From a virus, in IMG/VR virus record IMGVR_UViG_3300005673_000003, positions 84,729-148,728 of that record: a stretch of 64,000 bases of DNA, one strand, 5' to 3'. The notes below the pieces were generated by a model, which was not told the origin of the DNA, did no database searches, and saw only the letters and a program-made list of their open reading frames with translations. Shown one piece after another: positions 9,222-19,714 of the stretch. The position numbers and the translations under genes were made by a program. Positions within the stretch are counted from its first letter, which is position 1, and every line of letters begins with the position of its first letter.

Positions 9222-10840
9222 TAAGCAGCGGCTCTAAATGCGGTGGTTTCCTGTCCTCGAAGCTGGAAGATTTGAGTCGTGTTGTTATTGATAACAAAAG
9301 CATACTCCTGCGGTAGGAGCTGGCCTGGAGCTGATAGAGTCACGATGATTGGAATCGCTGTGTTTGCTGGGTGGTTAAATTGATTAAATGTCTCAAAGGC
9401 AACCGCGAACGACAAGCTAGTATCTCCTGTGATCGTGCCCTCGATTGCCGCGCCAGCGGAATCAAGAATGGACGTAATTCCATCAGTATTAAACACCGAG
9501 GCGAGATATACAGCAAATTTCGCTGTCCCGGTCAGGTATGGAGCAACCAGGAATTGCAAAGTGAATGCCGCAACCCTTGCAAATTTGCGGCCAACCCCTA
9601 TTGAATCGATAAAGGTGGAATCGTTACGCTCGGAAGCTGGCAGGCCATCGGTGTAACCTCGATACGTTACGTCAGAGGTACCGATAAACGTGCTGATAGC
9701 TGGAGAATGCCCGCCCAGAAGCGTTCCAGAGCCAGCATCAATATCAGTTGCTTGCTGTCTAACCAGCCAGTTTAATTTGGTGTGAACTTCTTCCTTAGTT
9801 GCCCCAGTCCGAGCAATAATCGCATCAAAATCATAGCTATTGCTTTCAATCGTTCGAGCTGCAACCGGAGAATGCCGTGTATACGTGATGCTGGTGTAAG
9901 GCGCACTAGAAGAGATTGTTGCATCAGAAACCTTTACCGACCCGTCCGCATTCGCTAACACCAAGTCTAATTGGTCGTTCATGAACAGGGTGTATTTTTT
10001 GGCGGTCAGGCTCCCTGTATCCGGCTGCTCAATAAACAGATTGTAGTAGACAACCGTTCGACCCGGCTCTGCCAGCTTTGCTACGAAGTAACTCCGGCGA
10101 TCGATGCTGTTCGGCACATCGCGAATCAATACCAATTGATTGATGTACCCCTGCGTTACGAAATCTGCAATCGTTCCACCCGCAGTTTGCCAGAACCTGG
10201 CTTGCCCGGTTCCGGCATAAAAAGCGGGAGAGTTGACGTTCATGTACTCCCTTTCGAGAGCATTTGATTCACCATTTCTGACGATTACTGCCCCATCCCT
10301 AAGCGCGTTAATTGTATCCTCGTCATGAAGATCCCAGCCGTCAACAAGTTCAATCGTTTCAGCGTCAGGTCTTCGTTCTGTATACGGGAAAGGATAGGAA
10401 TCGTAATCGCCAGAATCCCAGAGCGTTTGTAGTTCCGATGTTAATGCGATTTGAGCAACCCCATCTACAAAGTCGAGTCCAGAGGTTGCAACGAATTGGA
10501 TCGTCTTTTTAAGCCTTTGGATTGTGCAAGCAAAAGAGGCTCCAGCCGCTTGCGTCGTTAGCACTGCCCCTGAATTGCTAGGAGAAAAACTGGATATGGT
10601 AATTGCTCCCGCTGCAACTGTATCGATCGTGGCGTATCCATTATTCGGGTTAGTCGGATTGGCGAATCGAATAATAATTCGATCTCCAACCTCAAAGCCT
10701 TTGCTGATAAACTCGTTTGCTGAATCGGAGATAGTACTTGTTGCTGAGTTAATGCTAATCGTCGTTCTCTGAGTTAGTTCGACGATATTTAATTTTAGGT
10801 TGCTGGTATTTAATCCAGACTGATTAGTTATCTTCGGCAT
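9221..10840 (-). CDS. putative virion structural protein
   Basis: 539 aa, T/S/G-rich and beta-rich; in structural operon. Confidence 0.55.
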   Translation of the reverse strand: MPKITNQSGLNTSNLKLNIVELTQRTTISINSATSTISDSANEFISKGFEVGDRIIIRFANPTNPNNGYATIDTVAAGAITISSFSPSNSGAVLTTQAAGASFACTIQRLKKTIQFVATSGLDFVDGVAQIALTSELQTLWDSGDYDSYPFPYTERRPDAETIELVDGWDLHDEDTINALRDGAVIVRNGESNALEREYMNVNSPAFYAGTGQARFWQTAGGTIADFVTQGYINQLVLIRDVPNSIDRRSYFVAKLAEPGRTVVYYNLFIEQPDTGSLTAKKYTLFMNDQLDLVLANADGSVKVSDATISSSAPYTSITYTRHSPVAARTIESNSYDFDAIIARTGATKEEVHTKLNWLVRQQATDIDAGSGTLLGGHSPAISTFIGTSDVTYRGYTDGLPASERNDSTFIDSIGVGRKFARVAAFTLQFLVAPYLTGTAKFAVYLASVFNTDGITSILDSAGAAIEGTITGDTSLSFAVAFETFNQFNHPANTAIPIIVTLSAPGQLLPQEYAFVINNNTTQIFQLRGQETTAFRAAA

Positions 10841-11057
10841 TATCAGTAACCTCCTTCGATAAAATTAGTGACATTGACGTTCCTGAAACTCTTATTAACC
10901 CGTCCTCGATAGAAATTTGAGTTGGTACAAATCCAGTGATTTTACCTCCTCTCCTCAAGATCAAAAAACGGTGAATCATCGGATCTTCGCAGATTGCTCC
11001 ATTTGCTAGATCGTTTGTTGAGCGAATGACGATATACTTCATACCTCGCTCCTCCAA
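10824..11057 (-). CDS. hypothetical protein
   Basis: fills the gap between coupled ORFs. Confidence 0.4.
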   Translation of the reverse strand: MEERGMKYIVIRSTNDLANGAICEDPMIHRFLILRRGGKITGFVPTQISIEDGLIRVSGTSMSLILSKEVTDNAEDN

Positions 11058-12736
11058 GCTGTTGACTCTGGCTGCTCAACGCTAATAAACTGATCTACGC
11101 TTCTCAGTAAAAAAGACCTGTTTCGATAGGGTTGATACCCTTCTTTGTTGATTAAAATATCAACTTTTTGATCGTAGCCAGGGTAAGGATAAGAATAGCT
11201 TTCGGTTGTACCAGTGCTTGATACCTTGTAGATAACTGTGGATACTCCAGATAAGCGTATTGTAAGCTCAGAGCCAGCAAGAATATCGGTAAATATTAGC
11301 GTCGGCTGAGGAGCTAATACGATTACATTTCCCGTTAAACCTGAAGCATTAATGCCGTTAGCTGTAGTTCCACCTGCTGTATTAGCCCAGTTTTTATCGG
11401 TTGTAGTCAACGCATCTCGAATAATGGTTAATGTTCCTGTTCCGGTAATCACCCAGTCATTCGTATTACCTGAAAAAATGTTCTCATCTGTGTAGACCGT
11501 TAAATCGCCAGATAAAACTATTTTTATAGCTCCAGCAGGAGTAACATTATCAGTAAAGCTCGCTCTGTTAATATCCTGGCTTCCATCCCAATTGAAAGCC
11601 CCAGCAATATCGGTGCCTGCCGTGATCGTGCAGTTTGCAAATCCTCTATTTGATGATGAATTTAGGCAGTCGCAATTTGAAAAAATCACACCATTGAAAT
11701 TACTTGGCCCTTCTAATTGATCAGCGCCAAGATTGGAAATTACGCCACCAAACCAAATAAAATTTGCAGATGGTGAACCAATGATGACGAGCTTCCATTT
11801 AGAAGAAGAAGAGTAGCTGGTGCGAATTGATCTCCAATAACAATTAGCGGATAGATTAATTGTTAGCCCCAAATAATTGGGGAGAACAATTGAGTGCTGA
11901 GGATTTGCAGAAATTCCATCAGACCCCGCGAAAATGAGGTTTTGATCAACTACTTCAAAACGTGAAGCAGTCGAGCCGTTGCCAAAAAATAATGGAATTT
12001 TGGAATAAAAACTGCTGCCCAGAGAAGGTAGCAAAAAAGTTCTCTGGGTATTTTCCGAGTAATTAGAAAGCGTTCGAAAACTCCCCGGAGTACTGCTATC
12101 ACCAGCCGTCAGGATCAACCCCGAAGTGCTGCAAAAGCGATCATGGTAAGCTGTAATTCCAGCCGTAGTATTAGCCTGAAAATACCTAAATTCAATAGCA
12201 TAAATAGTTGCCGGATTGAACGAACCTACAGTGGTTGTCGCGAGAATTGCCTGATTAAGATCGATTACTGCGCTTTGCCAACCTTCGGTGTTTCTTTTGG
12301 CTGCCGCGCTGGTGATAAAATCGGTATCCCCACCGTAGATTGGGTAATCCCTGTAAATTGTAGCTCCGCTATCTGAATAGATCCGGAGCGTCATTCCGCC
12401 CAGCGATCGCGGATCCATTACCGACAGTCCGCCACTCCCAGCGTAAAGATCAATCTGAAAATGGATGACAAATAAAGAATTTGAGAAATTACTTGGATTC
12501 GTTGCACCCAATTGGGTCATGGTAAACCGAACTGCTACCCATTGCAGGTAGCCAAATTCGGTGAATAGATTATGGCATAACCCACCGTCAATCCCTTTCT
12601 TTTCGATGTATTCGCTATTCTGCCCTAAGATATTCGCGTTTACCGCCCCACCATCACGGGAGGTCGTGCCTGTGCGAGTTCCAGAGGTATTAAACGCCCC
12701 AAGTACATTAATTCCCGAAACGATAGGAGGAGCCAT
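11039..12736 (-). CDS. putative virion protein (beta-helix-like, head fibre/decoration)
   Basis: N/T/S/G-rich; in structural operon. Confidence 0.5.
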   Translation of the reverse strand: MAPPIVSGINVLGAFNTSGTRTGTTSRDGGAVNANILGQNSEYIEKKGIDGGLCHNLFTEFGYLQWVAVRFTMTQLGATNPSNFSNSLFVIHFQIDLYAGSGGLSVMDPRSLGGMTLRIYSDSGATIYRDYPIYGGDTDFITSAAAKRNTEGWQSAVIDLNQAILATTTVGSFNPATIYAIEFRYFQANTTAGITAYHDRFCSTSGLILTAGDSSTPGSFRTLSNYSENTQRTFLLPSLGSSFYSKIPLFFGNGSTASRFEVVDQNLIFAGSDGISANPQHSIVLPNYLGLTINLSANCYWRSIRTSYSSSSKWKLVIIGSPSANFIWFGGVISNLGADQLEGPSNFNGVIFSNCDCLNSSSNRGFANCTITAGTDIAGAFNWDGSQDINRASFTDNVTPAGAIKIVLSGDLTVYTDENIFSGNTNDWVITGTGTLTIIRDALTTTDKNWANTAGGTTANGINASGLTGNVIVLAPQPTLIFTDILAGSELTIRLSGVSTVIYKVSSTGTTESYSYPYPGYDQKVDILINKEGYQPYRNRSFLLRSVDQFISVEQPESTAWRSEV

Positions 12737-12741
12737 CGCTG

Positions 12742-13110
12742 CTATCCTCTTCCAGCTACTAGCTTCACTTGATGCATCAAGGCAACTCCCCGATGATCAA
12801 CCTCGCTCATGTACTGGCAGAAATAGCGCTGTCCACCATGCTCGAACTGAGCTGAAGCTAAGTCCTGCCTGGTCAGATTGAGAGCAGGGAAATAAACCAT
12901 TAACTCCCCTTCCTTGCTGGAGAGTTGCGGAGTATCAATACCGCTTAATTTTGGGGGCTTCAGCGTGCCATAAAATAGCTTCTTCGATTCCGATTTCTTG
13001 GGCGGAATTCCCAGTGCCGGATTACCTGCTTCGGTCGCTGCTTTGATTAGGTGAAACCGTAACCCTTCTTCCCGAATAAGTTCAGCAATATCTGCATGAC
13101 TGATTAACAT
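12742..13110 (-). CDS. putative head-closure/neck protein
   Basis: size and position after the connector. Confidence 0.4.
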   Translation of the reverse strand: MLISHADIAELIREEGLRFHLIKAATEAGNPALGIPPKKSESKKLFYGTLKPPKLSGIDTPQLSSKEGELMVYFPALNLTRQDLASAQFEHGGQRYFCQYMSEVDHRGVALMHQVKLVAGRG

Positions 13111-13706
13111 AGATCCTCCTTCGCTATCTCTGCGGAGATAGAAAGAGTCAGAAATTCAAAAAAAGTAGAGGCTAGGGCAGCATCTATCGAGTTCATGCTG
13201 ACTTCCTGCTTGATTGCTGCCAGTGCTTGCTCTACTGTTTTTGCGGCCCGATAGCTGCGCTCCGATAGCAAAGCGTGCCAGCAATCGCAAATCGAAAAGA
13301 CTTGCACCAGGTAGGGAATTTCAGCGCCCTCTAAGCTGTGTGGGTAGCCTGTACCATTAATTCGCTCATGGTGCAGCTCTACGATTTCTAGGATTGGCTG
13401 AAAAGACGCGAAATCTTCCAGTAGCCTTTTCCCTGCGATCGTATGCTGCCGGATGGCACTCCATTGCGCGTAGTTTAATCGGCCTGATTGCTGGAGAATA
13501 GAGGTATCTACGAATAGGTTGCCAATATCATGCAGGTAAGCCCCAGCTTCCAGCGTAGCCAAGTCATAGGGTAGCAATCTGAGATACTTGCCAAAATCGG
13601 AGCAGAGTTTTACCAGTTGCGGCAAACTTCTCTCCAGTGGATCATGAAATTGCTGTTGCTGCGCTAGCAATTCCAGTACATCTTTTTTCGGCAGTAAATC
13701 TCGCAT
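13104..13706 (-). CDS. HD-GYP domain protein (second copy)
   Basis: LHDIG, IRQH, LHHERINGTGYP, ERSYR; start reassigned to MRDLL, directly after a copy of the AATCAATCGATT motif. Confidence 0.85.
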   Translation of the reverse strand: MRDLLPKKDVLELLAQQQQFHDPLERSLPQLVKLCSDFGKYLRLLPYDLATLEAGAYLHDIGNLFVDTSILQQSGRLNYAQWSAIRQHTIAGKRLLEDFASFQPILEIVELHHERINGTGYPHSLEGAEIPYLVQVFSICDCWHALLSERSYRAAKTVEQALAAIKQEVSMNSIDAALASTFFEFLTLSISAEIAKEDLC

Positions 13707-13731
13707 AATCGATTGATTATTAAACTGGTTG

Positions 13732-14397
13732 CTAAACAACTGGGCTTCCACCTGTTTGCAATGCCTGCTTGAATTCGCGCAGAGGCCCAAATAAGCGATC
13801 GGCATTGGTTTGCCCAACTTTGCTATCTGACACCTTCCAGGATTTCTTCAGGCCGCTCGGAAGCTGGAAGGATTCAACATCTTTAGCTGCTTCATCGAGA
13901 AGGCTAAAGTTAACTGGATTGCCGGATTGAATCATGAGGATTAATGCCTCAAAAATGCAATCGCCAACAATAGCCGGAATTGGGTCATAGCCTGCAATGT
14001 AAGTCACGATCGCGCATGTCAGCGGGTTGAGTAAATTGATCGTTCGCACGCCTCCAATCTGGCAAGTATCTTTGGTTGGCAGATAGTACGGGAGCCTATT
14101 TGGGATAGGTTGCACATTGACAATCGAAATGATGGGATAGTTTGAGGTGCAGGCTAGCGGCGATAAGGCATCCGCGCCCAGGCTCTCTGTATACTGCGTT
14201 GGCGCAATACGATAACCCACCCACTGATCTACTCGCTCTTCCAGTTTGCGTAGAATCAATTCCAGAGTGGATTGATTGGCAGGATCTAAGAGCATCTCAA
14301 TCAATCCTGAATTCTCAAATCCGGTCAATTCGTAAACCGGCTGGAGAAGGGTTAGCTGCTCGATCGCTTGCTGTGCGGTCAGATATGCCAAGGCCAT
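13732..14397 (-). CDS. head-tail connector/adaptor-like protein
   Basis: MALAYLT..., VTYIAGYDPIP typical of gp6-like adaptors; downstream of capsid. Confidence 0.6.
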   Translation of the reverse strand: MALAYLTAQQAIEQLTLLQPVYELTGFENSGLIEMLLDPANQSTLELILRKLEERVDQWVGYRIAPTQYTESLGADALSPLACTSNYPIISIVNVQPIPNRLPYYLPTKDTCQIGGVRTINLLNPLTCAIVTYIAGYDPIPAIVGDCIFEALILMIQSGNPVNFSLLDEAAKDVESFQLPSGLKKSWKVSDSKVGQTNADRLFGPLREFKQALQTGGSPVV

Positions 14398-14400
14398 TGG

Positions 14401-14733
14401 CTAACCCCCAGAACTCTTAGATTTTCGCTTCCCCTTAATTGATTGATTTTCCGGTTGAGATTCCGCTAATTCCTCGCTCTCTGCAATAGTATCTACAGCC
14501 GCTTCCTCTACCTTCTGGGGAGTTGCTTCATTGCCTGCTTTAGAATCGGCTACAGGCTCGTCTGCAGTAATCTGAGGAGATGGAGGGTTGTAGTACTCCG
14601 CGTAACCAGCTTCGACCAAAAGTTTATCAATACGCCCTCCAAAGCTTTTAGCTCCATTCGGTTTTCGTAAGCTACCCACTCCTACCAGAGTAGTCAGGAT
14701 TGGCGCTTTCCATTTGTTTGTAGCTGTGATCAT
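14401..14733 (-). CDS. hypothetical protein following the capsid gene
   Basis: GGGAGG RBS before MITAT; LVEAGYAEY and acidic tail. Confidence 0.5.
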   Translation of the reverse strand: MITATNKWKAPILTTLVGVGSLRKPNGAKSFGGRIDKLLVEAGYAEYYNPPSPQITADEPVADSKAGNEATPQKVEEAAVDTIAESEELAESQPENQSIKGKRKSKSSGG

Positions 14734-14761
14734 GATTTCCTCCCTGAACTTCACCTAAGCA

Positions 14762-14784
14762 GATAGGGGCAAAACGCCCCTATC
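14762..14784 (-). terminator. hairpin after the major capsid gene
   Basis: GATAGGGGC-AAAAC-GCCCCTATC. Confidence 0.6.
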
Positions 14785-14791
14785 AATGAAT

Positions 14792-15874
14792 CTAGTTAGC
14801 CGTGGTGTAAGTCCATGCGGAGCCGCGAGGTGCGGTCACGTCCAACCTGTAAATATCGGCCCCCCTGTTTTTGGCATAGAGCACGCCATAGCAGAGAATC
14901 ATCCGCTTCTCGGTCAACGGTACGTTATTAGCGAAGGTCGTGATCTCAAAAATCTGCGGATCAAACGTCTGGGCACCACCCAGAGGTACTACGCCTTTCC
15001 AGACCAGCTTATTGATGTCGATAAACCAGAAGTTGATTGTATCGGGATCTGTATTTGCGCCAGCCGTATCGCTCAGGAATGGGGTCATGCTGATGGGCAC
15101 CTTGCCCCAAGGGGTCAGGATTGCTGGCACCTGTACACCAGGAATTACTTCTACCAATTGGGTGAAGAGCCGCTTCTCCTCGATTTCTCGCTGAATCAGA
15201 TTCCAGCCAGCACCAGTAGTGATGATGTCAGTGATTCGATGGTTAGTAACCCGATTAGACATAATCCGGGTGCAGCATTCGACCAGCTTCTGAGAAAGGC
15301 TGGTTTCTGGGGTGGTTGCCGTAATATCCAGCGTGAAAACATGGTTTGAGGTCGGCATCAACTGGGGAATGCCATTGAATTGCAAGGCATCAGAGGTGGC
15401 ATTTCCAGTGAATAATCCCAGTTCGAGCAGCATTGTAGCTGCATCAATCATATCGTTGGTATCCCTCGCAACCTGATCACCGTAGGGGCGACCCTGCTGC
15501 TCGTACAACGACCGAGCATAATGGCTCCAGTCAATAAAGCCGGAGACGCATTTTACTTCCTGCCCTGGATCGGTTAAATCCTGGCGATTGGTTAATCCAC
15601 CTTGACCCGCGACAGTATTCAGCGTAGACTTCGCGCTAAATCCAACCGCTGGCAATTGGGTCATTCTGATTTCTTTGATGATATCCGCTTCCGCTGGCTC
15701 CTTGGGCAAGCGTGCCCAGAATGGCGCGTTGCGGTACAAATAATCACCGATTTCAGGCATGAAATCCTGTCTGACCGTGAAGCGGCCCATGTTCGTAGCC
15801 GCTGCCTGAGTGAGGCTATCGAAAAGCTGATCCGCTTCCGATACATTCTGAAAATTAACTCCTGCAATAGTCAT
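14792..15874 (-). CDS. major capsid protein
   Basis: 360 aa; follows portal and protease; LFTGNA...QFNGI motif; strong RBS and downstream hairpin. Confidence 0.75.
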   Translation of the reverse strand: MTIAGVNFQNVSEADQLFDSLTQAAATNMGRFTVRQDFMPEIGDYLYRNAPFWARLPKEPAEADIIKEIRMTQLPAVGFSAKSTLNTVAGQGGLTNRQDLTDPGQEVKCVSGFIDWSHYARSLYEQQGRPYGDQVARDTNDMIDAATMLLELGLFTGNATSDALQFNGIPQLMPTSNHVFTLDITATTPETSLSQKLVECCTRIMSNRVTNHRITDIITTGAGWNLIQREIEEKRLFTQLVEVIPGVQVPAILTPWGKVPISMTPFLSDTAGANTDPDTINFWFIDINKLVWKGVVPLGGAQTFDPQIFEITTFANNVPLTEKRMILCYGVLYAKNRGADIYRLDVTAPRGSAWTYTTAN

Positions 15875-15928
15875 TCCGCCTTCTCCTTGATGGTTAATTG
15901 ATTGATTAGTGGGTTGCTGGGGAGAGGC

Positions 15929-17683
15929 TTAAACCATCTCAGGGAGTTGCTGCATTCTGAGCTTATGGATCTCATCACGCAGTTGCACTCGACGGGCCAT
16001 CATAGTTGGATCTGTCGAGCTTTGAGCTTCTTGCAGCCGCGCTTCTAGTTGCAGGATTTGCCCATCAATAGATTCAGGATCAATAGTCTTGCTGGCGGTA
16101 GAAGCTGCAACGATGCCGCTGCTCATCCGAGCGGGAGCACCAGTGGGATTAAGTAAGCTAGCAAGGGTTTCTTTAGCAGTCTTCCGGATCATTGCCTGCA
16201 TCTCTTGTTGCTGTTGAGCAGCTTGAGCGGCTACCTTTTGTTCTTCCTCTTGCTGAATCTTGGCATTGCGCTCGTCTACTAGAACTTTCACGCTACTGAC
16301 CAAAGGCGTTACCAGTTCGCTAAGCTGAGTAATCATTTGAGCTTGAGCATCAAACGCCGCTTTAATTTCTTCGTTCATTTCGATTTCTCCGGTTGGTGGT
16401 TCTTGAGTTGAATCAGGGGTTATCGGATCGCTTTCAGCAGAGACTGCGGTAGCCTCCGGTTGCTCCGATCGCTCTGCATTGATTGCCTCTGCCGAAGCCG
16501 CGATTAATTGGCTAACGACTCGGTTAAACTCCTCTGATGGCCTTAACCGAGTCGTCAGCTTTTTAAGTCTGCCGCTGCCCCGATGCTGATCCTCTTCTGG
16601 AGGCTTATCTTCGGAGGGTCGGGAGCTGGCAACCAATTCTGTTTGCTGAAATGTCGCTGCATCCTTGTAGAGGATGTTCGCGCCAAGGAGGATGAGCTTG
16701 TCTACCACATGGGCCATCTCCCCGTTAACCTCTTCGTCATGCCCTGGAGCGTAGGCATTGATCGAAAATCCAAGACTTTGTTTATTTGCCCGAATCTGAG
16801 CTACCTTTTCAGGCTGATTGAATGGGAATAATGAGCCACGCACCCAGAAACCGTTATCTTGCCGTAGGGTAGCTCCCAGCATCACTCCAACGATTTCATC
16901 GTTCGCATGATGATCGAGCGTGTCAGCGGCATCTAATGGCAATCCGACGCACTGATTAACTGCTTCCTCTGCAACTGCGCGAGGGATGTACAGCTTCTTC
17001 CCTGGCCCCTTCGCTGGCACGCCTTCAGAGAGCTGATCAACGGTAAATAACTTGCCTTCAATCGGGAGCCGATTTCCTGCCCCTGCTTCGATTAAATCCA
17101 GGCTGCAGGGCAAGCTATACATATCCGCCGCTTCGTGCCCAACCTCCGGTTTCGCTGCCGCTAATTGAGCGAGGCTTGCAGAGATTGCCGGATAGCTGGT
17201 CGCCAGCTCCTGTAAATACTTTTGCAGATCTTGGATTAATTGATTGATTTCTTCGGTGCCCTCACCTTCCGCTACATCGTAAACAGCGTCCTGGAAAAAC
17301 CAGGAGAATGACCAGAGAATGTTGTCCAGCCGCTGATACCAGTTGGAGCGATCGACGAAATTGGTGAACTCCGATGCTTCGATATGGGCATCTTCTGCGC
17401 CCGCTTGAGTCTCCTCCGGTTTTGATTCCGATTGAGATTCAGTTACAGCCGCTGAGCTGGCATCGTCAGAGCGTAGGCCAGCCTGGGTATCTTCCTCGTC
17501 CTCGTCGCCATCGAGCAAGCCAGCATCCCCTAGAATTTCCTGGATTGCTTTGGCAGCGTTAGCTATTCCTTCCAGAGCGGATGCTAATTTTTTTTCATTT
17601 TTTGAGCTAATTGATTTACCTGCTGCCTGGGTTGCTGGCGTGAATCCCCTGGCTGGAGGTCGTCTTTTGAGGGTCTTAGGCAT
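15929..17683 (-). CDS. prohead protease/scaffold protein
   Basis: central HH...VG...GFSI protease-like region and C-terminal coiled coil; between portal and capsid. Confidence 0.6.
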   Translation of the reverse strand: MPKTLKRRPPARGFTPATQAAGKSISSKNEKKLASALEGIANAAKAIQEILGDAGLLDGDEDEEDTQAGLRSDDASSAAVTESQSESKPEETQAGAEDAHIEASEFTNFVDRSNWYQRLDNILWSFSWFFQDAVYDVAEGEGTEEINQLIQDLQKYLQELATSYPAISASLAQLAAAKPEVGHEAADMYSLPCSLDLIEAGAGNRLPIEGKLFTVDQLSEGVPAKGPGKKLYIPRAVAEEAVNQCVGLPLDAADTLDHHANDEIVGVMLGATLRQDNGFWVRGSLFPFNQPEKVAQIRANKQSLGFSINAYAPGHDEEVNGEMAHVVDKLILLGANILYKDAATFQQTELVASSRPSEDKPPEEDQHRGSGRLKKLTTRLRPSEEFNRVVSQLIAASAEAINAERSEQPEATAVSAESDPITPDSTQEPPTGEIEMNEEIKAAFDAQAQMITQLSELVTPLVSSVKVLVDERNAKIQQEEEQKVAAQAAQQQQEMQAMIRKTAKETLASLLNPTGAPARMSSGIVAASTASKTIDPESIDGQILQLEARLQEAQSSTDPTMMARRVQLRDEIHKLRMQQLPEMV

Positions 17684-17703
17684 GGCTATTATCCTTAAAA
17701 CAA

Positions 17704-17738
17704 AACAGCCACGCTGAAGCCCTCAGCATGGCTGTTTA
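17704..17738. promoter_or_regulatory. hairpin upstream of the protease gene
   Basis: AACAGCCACGCTGA...TCAGCATGGCTGTT. Confidence 0.4.
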
Positions 17739-17823
17739 CGGTTAATCAATGAGTTTTTGGAAATCCGCCTGAAGACGGAGGAATCAGCTAGAGTCTAGCA
17801 TTCCATATCATAAGTCTACAAGA

Positions 17824-19146
17824 TTAATCAGCTTCGGTATCGGTTTCATTGCTGTTATCCTGCTTATCGTCATTCCCGCCAGCATTGGATTGATCCTGTT
17901 GTTGCTGGGGATTTGGCTCCCCGTCAATCGACCCATTCACGAAGCGGTCAACCTCCACTGGGTCAACATCTCGACTCGATCGAACTTCATTAAGCGTCAG
18001 GATGCCTGCTTGGTAATCTTCTCGCGTCTCAGCTCTCAGTTCCGCTTCGCTGCGCGGCTCTTTGTAAATCCGCTTATATTGAAAATCTGGGATGTAGAAA
18101 TCTACAACTTCTTCCGCCAACCCCTCGTCTATCGTTTGAGCGACGGGTACGATTGCTGACTGAAAGGTTTTATCAGCCGAGGCTCCAGCAGTAGCACGAT
18201 TATCATGCTCGACCACGTTCATATCGCGGTTCGTCAATGAGAAACACATTGCAATAATCTGCAGGAGGTATTGGCAGTACAACTGATACAATCCAGTATC
18301 ATTCGCGGCCCCAGCCTTTAGAACCGATGGCTGACCTGGGCCGCCAAAGATCATTTTCTTTTTGTTCCCAACTACCTCAACCTGCCAGTACTCGCGAAAA
18401 GCGTCTAGCTGCCCCGAATTCACATCTCCCAGGAATAACATATACTCCTGGACTGCATTACTGGTTGTAGTTTGCTGGTAATCTGAAAGCCCCAGCCACG
18501 CATTAATAATGTTAAATGCAATCTCCAGAGGCGACGGAGGGACTGCCTCATAGCTATTCACATTATTCACCAGCATGAACATATTTTCGGACATGATCGG
18601 CACTGGCTCTTTACTCTTGCCGTAATCCAGGAATTTAGGCACTACCCCTTCCCTTTGGGGAGTCCAGTCCTTGTTGAGCCTAATCATGGCAGAGTTAGCA
18701 GGCCATAGCCAAAACGGACGCTCCGGATCTCCGGTTCCCTGCCGCTCGATGCAGGCGTAGTTGATTGTCAGCAGATCATCCGCGATCGCGGCCTGGAATG
18801 CCCGATTAGTATTCAATGTGGCATCCGCATTTGGCTTCTGAAGTGCCCTGGTTGCGTACTTGGCAACCTGAATGGCTGCTTCATTTTTCTTCAGTTCCAT
18901 TGGCGGATTGATTACCCACGGCATTCTCAAAATGCCGTCTGTAATCTGTTTGATTGCTGAAAAAGCTGGAGGAGTCCTGGTGAATCGACGGAGTTGCTCG
19001 TACCTTACCCGCTCCAAGTTTGAGATAGGCCGGAGCAAATCTTTTGGCTGAGCAAACGGGTATAAGCTGCTCCGGGTGACAACCGGGTATAAAGTTCCCA
19101 TCGGGAGCGTATTGCTGATTCTTTCGGGTGCTTGCTGCTCTGCCAT
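17824..19146 (-). CDS. phage portal protein (HK97-like)
   Basis: SPLEIA, IAMCF, GILTLNEVR; 440 aa; position in head module. Confidence 0.8.
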   Translation of the reverse strand: MAEQQAPERISNTLPMGTLYPVVTRSSLYPFAQPKDLLRPISNLERVRYEQLRRFTRTPPAFSAIKQITDGILRMPWVINPPMELKKNEAAIQVAKYATRALQKPNADATLNTNRAFQAAIADDLLTINYACIERQGTGDPERPFWLWPANSAMIRLNKDWTPQREGVVPKFLDYGKSKEPVPIMSENMFMLVNNVNSYEAVPPSPLEIAFNIINAWLGLSDYQQTTTSNAVQEYMLFLGDVNSGQLDAFREYWQVEVVGNKKKMIFGGPGQPSVLKAGAANDTGLYQLYCQYLLQIIAMCFSLTNRDMNVVEHDNRATAGASADKTFQSAIVPVAQTIDEGLAEEVVDFYIPDFQYKRIYKEPRSEAELRAETREDYQAGILTLNEVRSSRDVDPVEVDRFVNGSIDGEPNPQQQQDQSNAGGNDDKQDNSNETDTEAD

Positions 19147-19185
19147 AAAAGATTGGATCCATTAATAATTAATTGATTACCAGGA

Positions 19186-19434
19186 CTAGATAACTGAAGT
19201 AACCTCCAGGTAAACTCGTCTACCTGGCTCTAAATCATCAAATACTCTGCCAATCTGATTCCTTCTAAGAAATTCCCGGTATTGCTTCGGATTAGCCCCC
19301 CTGCGGCCCATAAAGAAGGGTAGTGGGGTGCCATCGTAGGTAGCCGGACTAATCTCGGAATTACTTAGCGGATAGCCGTAAAATGATACCGGAGAGGGGA
19401 TTTTAGATTGAGTGCTAACATCGAGAACGCCCAT
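19186..19434 (-). CDS. small LysM/tail-X-like protein
   Basis: YREFLRRNQI...DLEPGRRVYL. Confidence 0.4.
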   Translation of the reverse strand: MGVLDVSTQSKIPSPVSFYGYPLSNSEISPATYDGTPLPFFMGRRGANPKQYREFLRRNQIGRVFDDLEPGRRVYLEVTSVI

Positions 19435-19453
19435 AGACTGATTATTTAATTCC

Positions 19454-19714
19454 TTGGATGTATCTACAATTTCAGTATTTCAAGCTTATTCTAGAATGCA
19501 AGCCCCCGGTGGAATATGGAATATGAAAGACCCCGAAAAGATTGCAACAGCTATCCTTGATGATTGCCATGTTCCCATTGGAGGACTGCGAGAATCCCTG
19601 AAGCAAAAAATAATCACAGCAATCCGAAGCGATCGCTGTGATTCTAATGAATACATTCAGATGCGGATGGCAGAGTTTAGGATGATGGTTGAAAAAGCTT
19701 TGCAGGATCAATAA
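19454..19714 (+). CDS. hypothetical protein
   Basis: ORF in an otherwise unexplained gap; start uncertain. Confidence 0.3.
   Translation: MDVSTISVFQAYSRMQAPGGIWNMKDPEKIATAILDDCHVPIGGLRESLKQKIITAIRSDRCDSNEYIQMRMAEFRMMVEKALQDQ

Noticed and set aside
14786-15349. 187-aa + strand ORF and other long antisense ORFs (e.g. 22492-22995, 34326-34733)
   Set aside because: Shadow frames of well-supported genes on the opposite strand
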